NCBI GenBank assembly: GCA_963699165.1
Contig: OY969413.1
Coordinates: 532,562 to 596,561 of the forward strand
Direction of reading: 5' to 3'
Source: Candidatus Kaiserbacteria bacterium
Lineage (GTDB): Bacteria > Patescibacteriota > Minisyncoccia > Phycocordibacterales > Phycocordibacteraceae
DNA length: 64,000 nt
Position numbers and translations under genes: made by a program. The stretch's first letter is position 1; each line of letters opens with the position of its first letter. The notes below the pieces were generated by a model. That model worked only from the letters and a program-made list of their open reading frames with translations. It had not been told where the DNA came from and searched no databases. This document shows positions 57,421 through 64,000 of this stretch, piece by piece.

Positions 57421-57789
57421 ATGCAAGCCGCGCACCCGGAAGGTCTGACTTTCCGTGGGCGCGGCTGCATAAGTTCAGATACATTTGGCAGTCCTCATAA
57501 CCGAGGATATATGCGCATCAGAAGCAATTTCAGGGGTACGAAGGGCTGGTTGAGCATGTGGGAAAGGACGATACGATTGCGGCATATGCGGAAACCAAAG
57601 GAAGTCGACAGACGGGTGAAGATATTGGGATTCTGGGACATGCACGGGACGGAGGCCGCATACGACGCCTTTGGCACCTCGGAGCGCACCTTGTATCGCT
57701 GGAAGGAGGAACTCAAAGCCCACGAGGGCCGCATTGATGCACTTGACCCGAAGAGCACTGCGCCGAAGGCGCGTCGAAGGAGGACTGTT
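57421..57789 (+). pseudogene. IS481 transposase, N-terminal HTH fragment (disrupted)
   Basis: See the copy C element. The reading frame runs into the IS30 sequence. Confidence 0.65.
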
Positions 57790-57791
57790 CT

Positions 57792-58854
57792 GGCGACTGG
57801 TCTTTTGAATTCGAACGTTTGATACATTGAGCGAATGAAAAAACCTCCGGCGGTGCGCACTTCACAAAGTCCGAACGAGACGAAATACAGATACTGTTAG
57901 CGAAGGGATACTCTTTGCACGATGTCGGAGATGCACTCGACCGACCGAAGAGTGTCATATGGTACGAGACGCAAAAGAAGAGGAAGGGACGGCCGTATGA
58001 TGCTGCATATGCGCATCACATTTCATACGTACGAAGGAAACACAGCCGAGCGGTCGGCAAGATGATTGCTCTCGACCCGAAGCTCCGGAAGTTCATCGAG
58101 GCGCATCTCTTCGACGATCAGTCGCCCGAAAACATCTCACTTCGATTGAAGCGGATCGAGAAGGATATCGGATATGCTTCATCCTCGGCTATACGCCGAT
58201 ATATCAAGAGCCCGTATGGCAGACGGATCGAGTCGCATCGAGCAAAGTTATTCAAGAAGAGGCGACGCTCTCGGCCATCGAAACCACACATTGCCGACAA
58301 GCGCCTGATCGACAAACGACCGAGCAAAATCAACAAGCGATGGGGATTGGGTCACATGGAGGGCGACTTCATCGTGTCGGGCAAGAGCGGTCAAGGCATC
58401 ATTCTTGGTCTGCGGGATCGCAGGGTGCGCAAAAACCTGCTGGAGCGGATCCTGCCAGTGTCAGTGCGAAACGTGGAGCGAGCGCTTCGCAGAATGAAAA
58501 AGCGGTATCCCGAGATGCAGACCATCACATTCGACAACGATATTCTCTTTCTCGAACACAAACGGCTAGAGAAGGTGCTTGGGGTGAAGATATATTTCTG
58601 TCATGTGCATGCGCCATGGGAGAAGCCATCAATCGAGAATCTGAACAAGGACTTGCGGCGGTACATCCCGAAAAGCTCGGATATTTCAAAGTATTCAAAA
58701 AGATTTGTGCAGAAACTCGAAGCAAAGATGAATCGCCGCTTCATGGATGTGCTCGGTTCACTCACGCCAGATGAGGCGTATGCTGCGGAAAAGAAACAAC
58801 GCGCTCAGAGGAGCGCAAAAAACCGTCGTTCGAATTGAGGGGTTTGGGTGCCTC
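57792..58854 (+). mobile_element. IS30-family insertion sequence, copy 2, flanked by CT/CT
   Basis: Near-identical to copy 1 in inverted orientation. CT dinucleotide at 57790-57791 and at 58855-58856. Confidence 0.75.
57915..58838 (+). CDS. IS30-family DDE transposase
   Basis: 307 aa, 2 substitutions relative to the 51259-52182 product. Confidence 0.85.
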   Translation: MHDVGDALDRPKSVIWYETQKKRKGRPYDAAYAHHISYVRRKHSRAVGKMIALDPKLRKFIEAHLFDDQSPENISLRLKRIEKDIGYASSSAIRRYIKSPYGRRIESHRAKLFKKRRRSRPSKPHIADKRLIDKRPSKINKRWGLGHMEGDFIVSGKSGQGIILGLRDRRVRKNLLERILPVSVRNVERALRRMKKRYPEMQTITFDNDILFLEHKRLEKVLGVKIYFCHVHAPWEKPSIENLNKDLRRYIPKSSDISKYSKRFVQKLEAKMNRRFMDVLGSLTPDEAYAAEKKQRAQRSAKNRRSN

Positions 58855-58856
58855 TG

Positions 58857-59654
58857 CCCGAGGTCGAGGATTTCATCATCCGCGAACGACAGGCGCATCC
58901 CCGGCTTGGGAAAGCAAAGCTTGCCGTTCTCCTGCGCGAAGAAGGGTACTCCGTGTCGGAGTCATACGTTGGGCGGGTCATTCTGGATTTGAAGAACCGC
59001 GGTCTGCTCCCGCAGCAGAGCCGGCTCTCGTTCCACGCACGTACGGGCAATCACACGGAAACACCGCAGAAACGCCGTACCAAGCTTCGCCGCACCGGCA
59101 AGCGCGGCATGGAGCTCGATACCGTCGTCCGCTTCATCGACGGCGTGAAGCGGTACGTCCTCACGGCAGTGGACGTGGAGCGGAAGTTCGCCTTTGCGGG
59201 CGCGTATACGAACCACTCGTCGAGAAGCGCGGACGACTTCCTTCGCCGAGTCATCGAGGTCTGTCCCTTCGATATCGACGAGTTGCAGACCGACAACGGG
59301 AGCGAGTTCGCCAAACACTTCGAGGATGCCTGTGCCGAACTCGGGCTCACGCACTTTCACACCCGCCCCCGCACTCCCAAGATGAATGCCCACGTCGAAC
59401 GATTCAATCGCACCGTCTCCGAGGACTTCATCATGCTGAATCGGGGCCTGCTGCGGGACGATATTCATTCCTTCAATCTGAAGCTTGTCGACTGGCTGAT
59501 CTGGTACAACACCAAACGCCCGCACCAGTCGCTCGGCATGGTGTCCCCCTTGCGGTATATTGTGTGTACATTAACCGTCGGGGACTGCCAAAAGTACTGG
59601 ACGCGTACAGCGGCTTGTCGGCCTATTTCCCGGGAATGTATAATGCCCTCATGA
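58857..59654 (+). pseudogene. IS481 transposase, C-terminal rve-core fragment (disrupted)
   Basis: DTVVRFIDG...TDNGSEFAKHF...VERFNRTVSEDF...KRPHQSLG. It lacks the HTH region, which lies upstream of the IS30 insertion. Confidence 0.65.
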
Positions 59655-60511
59655 AAAACGACTCTTCCCTTCTTGTCCGCTACGCATTTCTCGGCATTGT
59701 TCTCATTGTGTCTTTGGGTCTCACGACATTTGTTACCGGCAAATCGCTTTTAAAGGAGCAGGAAAACCTCTCGGAACCGGACACCGATTTTGCCACTGCC
59801 GATGGCGGCGGCTGCAACATCGCCGTCATTCCGGTGGTCGGACAACTTTGGGCATCCGAGGCCGATGCGACCGCACAAACTGCGAGCGATAACAGCTCGA
59901 ACGTTTCAGCCGAGGACATTCTCCAAAAAATCGAGCGCGCGCAAGATGACTCTTCGATTAAAGGCGTGGTGCTTCGCATCGATTCGCCCGGCGGCTCGGC
60001 CGTGGGCGGCAATCTCATCGCAAACGCCTTGAAGCGGCTCGACAAACCGTCGGTCGCGCTCATCTGGGACGAAGGCGATTCCGCGGCATACCTCGCCGCA
60101 ACCGGCGCAAACGAAATCATCGCTTCCCCGTCGTCAAACATCGGCGACATAGGCGTGACTAGCTCATATCTCGACCAGAGCCAAGCGGACGCGAAAAACG
60201 GACAGAAATTTATTTCGATTGCCGCGGGAGAATTTAAAGATGTGGGCGATCCCGACAATCCGCTTACGCCCGCGGGATACGCGCTTTTGCAAAAACAGGT
60301 GGACGAAATGTATCAAAACTTCGTGGATGAAGTCGCGCAAAACCGCTCGCTCTCGGTCGGCGCGGTCAAGCAACTCGCAAACGGCGTTCCCTACATTGCC
60401 TCCGCCGCCTCGAGCACGGGACTCATTGATGCTCTCGGAGATTCCGAAACCGCGCGTGCATGGTTTGAGCAAAAATTGGGCAAGGGCTCCGACCCGGTCT
60501 TGTGCGAGTAG
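59652..60511 (+). CDS. sppA: signal peptide peptidase SppA (S49 family)
   Basis: N-terminal TM; VLRIDSPGGS, and the catalytic region EGDSAAYLAA. Confidence 0.75.
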
Positions 60512-60514
60512 GGT

Positions 60515-61126
60515 TTACAGCACCGCCAACACTTCTTCGGTCGAACGAACGCGGCCGATGCGGGGAAACGTCTTCTCCACCGGAAACGAGTGGTCTTCGT
60601 TTGACATCGACGCCATCGCGTCTTCAACGAAAATTTGGTTGTACCCGAGTTCGAACGCGTCGCGCGCCGTGCTCTCGACGCCGATGTTCGTTGCAATGCC
60701 GCACAGCACAATCGTATCGATGCCGCGGCGGCGCAATTGCAGGTCTAGTTCCGTTCCATAAAACGCGCCCCACTGATGCTTCGTTATGACGAAATCACCC
60801 TCCTTTGGGCACATTTCGGAAACAATATCGGCCCAGTCGGGCGCAGGCGCCGTGCGCGTCGCCATAGCGCCATCTGCAAGAGGATGCAGAGCATCTTTGC
60901 CGTCAGGCGATGGCGTCACGCGCACCAGAAACACGGGCATGCCGTTTTTTCGGAACGCCACGGCAAGAGCTGCGGCGTTTTTCACGACAGTTTCCGAAGA
61001 ATGCGGTGCGCCCCGCATTGCCACAATCCCCTTCTGCAAGTCGATGACGACAAGCGCTGTCTTTGTTTTTTCTATGGAAAGATTGCTCATGATATTTTTT
61101 AGATTACTACTTTCGGGTACATCCAC
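60515..61126 (-). CDS. isochorismatase-family cysteine hydrolase (PncA-like)
   Basis: TALVVIDLQKGIV (catalytic Asp region), FLVRV, and a catalytic Cys region IVLCGIATN. Confidence 0.8.
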   Translation of the reverse strand: MDVPESSNLKNIMSNLSIEKTKTALVVIDLQKGIVAMRGAPHSSETVVKNAAALAVAFRKNGMPVFLVRVTPSPDGKDALHPLADGAMATRTAPAPDWADIVSEMCPKEGDFVITKHQWGAFYGTELDLQLRRRGIDTIVLCGIATNIGVESTARDAFELGYNQIFVEDAMASMSNEDHSFPVEKTFPRIGRVRSTEEVLAVL

Positions 61127-61881
61127 GCACTAATTATCGACACTATGAGTGAAGCGGCAATGAGCATGCCCATGTCGAGAGCGACGCCTGTCGTTGTGCC
61201 CGTAAGCATCAGCGCACGCAAACCATCCACCATATAACTCAGCGGATTGACGGTCGCGACCACCTGCAGCCATGTCGGCATAATCGAAATCGGATAAATC
61301 GCATTCGATGCAAAAAACAACGGCAGCGTGATGACCTGGCCGATGCCCATAAAGCGCTCGCGCGTTTTCACTATCGACGCGATAATCATCGAAAGTCCCG
61401 TGAAGAAACTGGCGCCGAGCATGATAATGATAATCACGCCGATAACCGAGAACAGCGTGATATGCAGTTGAATACCCAAAATGAGCGCAAAAATGTATAT
61501 GATGAGCGCCTGACTCAAACCGCGTATGCCCGCTGCAATCATTTTGCCCCACACAAGCGCCAATCGCGGCGTCGGCGTGACGAGCAATTTCTGCAAAATG
61601 CCCGTGTCGCGGTCCATGATGACGTAAAGGCCATAAAAGATGGCGACGAAGACGACCGACTGCGTGAGAATGCCCGGCACGATGAATTGCAAATACGTCA
61701 GTCCCTGCGTCGGAATCGCCCGCACATTGCTGAGCGCTTCTCCGAAAATGCCGAGCCATAAAATCGGCTGCACGGCACGGGAAATAAGTTCGGTCGGGTC
61801 GTGCAAAAGTTTGCGCGTCTCCATTTCCGCGAGAATGTATGACTTTTTAAACGTTTGGAAAATGTATTCAAACATAGGCAT
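61099..61881 (-). CDS. ABC-2 type transporter permease
   Basis: Six-TM ABC-2 permease, directly downstream of its ATPase. Confidence 0.8.
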   Translation of the reverse strand: MPMFEYIFQTFKKSYILAEMETRKLLHDPTELISRAVQPILWLGIFGEALSNVRAIPTQGLTYLQFIVPGILTQSVVFVAIFYGLYVIMDRDTGILQKLLVTPTPRLALVWGKMIAAGIRGLSQALIIYIFALILGIQLHITLFSVIGVIIIIMLGASFFTGLSMIIASIVKTRERFMGIGQVITLPLFFASNAIYPISIMPTWLQVVATVNPLSYMVDGLRALMLTGTTTGVALDMGMLIAASLIVSIISAWMYPKVVI

Positions 61882-62696
61882 TATCCGAGCCGACGCTCAA
61901 GCTGCCGCGTCCGACGTATTTCTTTGAAATTTCCCGTTTGCTGCAATTCGTTGCCCGTGAAGAAAATAAACGCATCTTCAAGCGTCGCACCCGGTTTCCC
62001 CGTTTTCGCCTTCAGTTCTTCCGCCTTCCCCATCGCCGCGATTTTGCCTTTATTCATCACGACGACTCGGTCGCTGACTTCGTCGGCTTCTTCCATGTCG
62101 TGCGTCGAAAAGAAAATCGTTGTGCCGAATTTCTCTCGCAATTCGGAAAGATGTCCCCAGACGCTCTGGCGCGCAACCGGATCGAGGCCGGTCGTCGGTT
62201 CGTCAAGCAGAAGCACTTTCGGATGATGCAACATGGCCTGACCGACTTCCATTTTGCGGATCATGCCGCCCGAAAAAGTCCGCACAAGCGAATCAGCATG
62301 GTCTTCAAGCTTCAAAAAGGAAAGCATTTCCTCCACGCGCCCTTTTCTGTCGGAGCGCGGAATGTCGTACAGCCGCGCCATAAGCATCAAATTTTCATAC
62401 GCTGTCAGCGTGCCGTCCACGGAAATCATCTGCGACACATAGCCGATTGTGTGCCGCACTTCCGAAGCGTTCCGCACAACGTCGTATCCGGCAATCGTCG
62501 CCGTACCGCTCGTGGGAGCGAGCAGGGTGATAAGCATTTTGATGGTCGTCGATTTCCCCGCCCCGTTCGGGCCGAGAAATGCGAAAATTTCACCGGGTTC
62601 AACCGTAAAAGAAATGTCGTCGACTGCCGCGAATTTCTTAAAGCGCCTCACGAGGTGAGAAACTTCGATGATTGAAGACGTTTGCTGCGGTTCCAT
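61881..62696 (-). CDS. ABC transporter ATP-binding protein (DrrA-like)
   Basis: GPNGAGKSTT, LSGGMIRKMEVGQAM, LLDEPTTGLD. Confidence 0.9.
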   Translation of the reverse strand: MEPQQTSSIIEVSHLVRRFKKFAAVDDISFTVEPGEIFAFLGPNGAGKSTTIKMLITLLAPTSGTATIAGYDVVRNASEVRHTIGYVSQMISVDGTLTAYENLMLMARLYDIPRSDRKGRVEEMLSFLKLEDHADSLVRTFSGGMIRKMEVGQAMLHHPKVLLLDEPTTGLDPVARQSVWGHLSELREKFGTTIFFSTHDMEEADEVSDRVVVMNKGKIAAMGKAEELKAKTGKPGATLEDAFIFFTGNELQQTGNFKEIRRTRQLERRLG

Positions 62697-62739
62697 TAAT
62701 GCGCGGGGTTCTCGGGGATTAAGTATACCACTGCCGGTT

Positions 62740-63648
62740 TTACAACCGTATCACTTCCTCAAATCGGCCCTCCGCGCCGCTTACAATCCGGAATAATGTC
62801 GGCGTTAAGAAAACCCGAGCTCGGCGAACATGAACGGACGGGGCACCACTTCCGCCGCCTCCGCCACGCCGAAAGCCGCCGCGGCCGTCACCGCGCACCG
62901 TGCGAGGGGCCACATTTGCAGAGATGGAAGATCGCGTCACCGTAAAGCTTGAGCCGTCACCACCGAGCGACGACGTCGTAGCAAGCGCCTGGTTCGCGCT
63001 CGCAATCATCGTCAGCGAATACGCATTCGCATCGGCCGGCGTCACTCCCGACCCGTTTTTAATGGCGGTCGCACCGGTAAATGAAACCGAACCGAAGCTG
63101 TCGAGCGGAATGTATCCCAACTGATCGCTCGGCATTTCTTCAATCCATTCGGCGGACGAAAGCGACGATGAGTACGAAAGAGTCGTTGAAAAACTTTGGT
63201 CGTTCGTGTTGTCATGAATCGACACGAGCCACGAACCGGTTCCCTGCTGCAAAATAGAGGCGCTCATTACATCGCCGGCATTAACCTGCATCGAAATCGG
63301 AATCGACGTCCCGGGCAGAAGTTCATACCACGCCTCGTACGAAGTGCCATCGCTTTGCGCGATTGCCTGCGTGCCGATTTGGATGAGATCGCTTGAAGAA
63401 ACGCCGCCGATGCCTACCCATGTCGCGTCCGCTTGCGCGCTCTCCGAGGGTGCGACTGCCGGCACCGTCCAAGAACCGGAAACGCCGGTAAACGTGCCAT
63501 TTGTTGCCACATAGCCCGACCAATTGCGCGAGGTTCCCGCGGCATCGCCGACATTCGCCGCCGGATTTTCGGCGGCGAATGCAAAAGCCGGAATAGTGAA
63601 GAAAATAGCGAGTAAAATCGACGTCATCCACGCATAAAGGTGCCTCAT
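62740..63648 (-). CDS. secreted protein, possibly peptidase G1/A4 (eqolisin)-like, with a Gly/Arg-rich C-terminal tail
   Basis: Signal peptide, then SRNWSGYVATNGTFTGVSGSWTVP, which resembles the eqolisin N-terminal signature. Start placed at MRHLY. Confidence 0.4.
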   Translation of the reverse strand: MRHLYAWMTSILLAIFFTIPAFAFAAENPAANVGDAAGTSRNWSGYVATNGTFTGVSGSWTVPAVAPSESAQADATWVGIGGVSSSDLIQIGTQAIAQSDGTSYEAWYELLPGTSIPISMQVNAGDVMSASILQQGTGSWLVSIHDNTNDQSFSTTLSYSSSLSSAEWIEEMPSDQLGYIPLDSFGSVSFTGATAIKNGSGVTPADANAYSLTMIASANQALATTSSLGGDGSSFTVTRSSISANVAPRTVRGDGRGGFRRGGGGGSGAPSVHVRRARVFLTPTLFRIVSGAEGRFEEVIRL

Positions 63649-64000
63649 ATACTTACTATACGAACTCAATCGTGAATTGTTCCACAATGAAGATTGGCGG
63701 CCGCCCGCCTTCTTCGAGTAATTCAAAGATTGAAAATCGTGCCCGCCCCCCTTTCCCCGTCTGGGGAGCAAAAATTGAGCTCAAACAGGAAGTGAAAGGA
63801 GGCAAAGAGCGGACTCTACATTTTTTCTTGGACGGTATACCAGAAAGCAGTTTGTTTGAAGCCGTCTCATCAATTCAGAACAGAGTAAACGACTTCACGC
63901 AGATTCTCGGAGAAGACTACTTGGAGCAAATTAAGCACCTTGGGTTTTCCTACGAGGACGGGGCATGGAAAATGATTGGTGTTGAAAAATTTAACGGAGA

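Larger units (their letters stand above)
57400..59600 (+). mobile_element. IS481-family element (copy C), split by the IS30 copy-2 insertion
   Basis: Transposase N-fragment (57421-57789, ...TLYRWKEELKAHEG...KARRRRTV) and C-fragment (58857-59654, LPEVEDFII...rve core). Both align to intact copy A. Removing 57792-58856 restores one in-frame ORF. Confidence 0.7.

Noticed and set aside
58835-60511. A 558-aa plus-strand ORF spanning the end of IS30, the IS481 fragment and SppA.
   Set aside because: It is a frame-fusion artefact. Its N-terminal two thirds are an alternative frame of the IS481 transposase fragment; only the C-terminal roughly 285 aa (from MKNDSS) correspond to SppA.
1-64000. CRISPR arrays, cas genes, reverse transcriptases and restriction-modification methyltransferases.
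   Set aside because: No regularly spaced direct repeats of 25-40 bp were seen, and no ORF carries Cas, RT (YxDD) or methyltransferase (DPPY/NPPY, FxGxG) signatures. The only repeat families present are the IS copies and the GC hairpin.
63780-64000. A possible gene starting near the window end (the AAAGGAGG box at 63808-63815, and the ATGATTGGTGTT... ORF at 63979).
   Set aside because: Too little sequence to support a call. The frame following the RBS-like box hits a stop within about 30 codons.

Overview
This is a 64-kb chromosomal window, moderately GC-rich and mostly coding, about 70 genes on both strands. The gene content (short RF2 with SPF/GGQ motifs, FtsEX, several MacB-type exporters, RBS-less starts, an intron-bearing tRNA) resembles a small-genome monoderm or CPR-like lineage, but this cannot be proven from sequence alone.

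Housekeeping genes: pyrG, ftsE/ftsX, prfB, a partial ABC exporter, a PhoH-like ATPase, a membrane-anchored two-ring Clp-like AAA+ ATPase, a CsaA-type tRNA-binding protein, an SDR, a histidine phosphatase, HAD and HD hydrolases, an SsuBC-like ABC pair, SppA, an isochorismatase-like hydrolase and an ABC-2 pair.

Four tRNAs are present: Gln-CTG, Thr-CGT, Asp-GTC and Thr-GGT. The tRNA-Thr(GGT) gene is split in the anticodon loop by a roughly 188-nt group I intron. Beside tRNA-Gln sits an odd tRNA-like palindromic element.

The accessory content is rich:
- two intact IS481-family elements with different terminal inverted repeats, plus a third that is cleanly split by an IS30 insertion;
- two near-identical IS30-family copies in inverted orientation, bracketing a MarR-MFS(DHA2)-HlyD-HlyD-GNAT module;
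- three paralogous long-coiled-coil HlyD adaptors, two of them coupled to MacB-type ATPase+FtsX permease pairs, which are themselves flanked by small proteins sharing a beta-rich ~60-aa module (an ECF sigma/anti-sigma pair precedes one locus);
- a possible biosynthetic cluster (ThiF/E1-like with an unknown N-domain, PaaK/CapK-like adenylating enzyme, class I/II aminotransferase, ApbE flavin transferase, FMN-bind substrate protein, D-2-hydroxyacid dehydrogenase);
- a large serine recombinase C-terminal remnant abutting tRNA-Asp;
- a Fic / HNH locus with palindromic operators and a possible SprT-like remnant;
- an AT-rich patch with an IS481, a YdeI-like protein, an M15 peptidase and unknown proteins;
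- a recurring GC-rich hairpin family (GGCGGCGC-GAA/TTC-GCGCCGCC) at intergenic sites, probably bidirectional terminators.

No CRISPR array or cas genes were seen. All coordinates were derived by hand from the sequence line labels; expect an uncertainty of about 3 nt.
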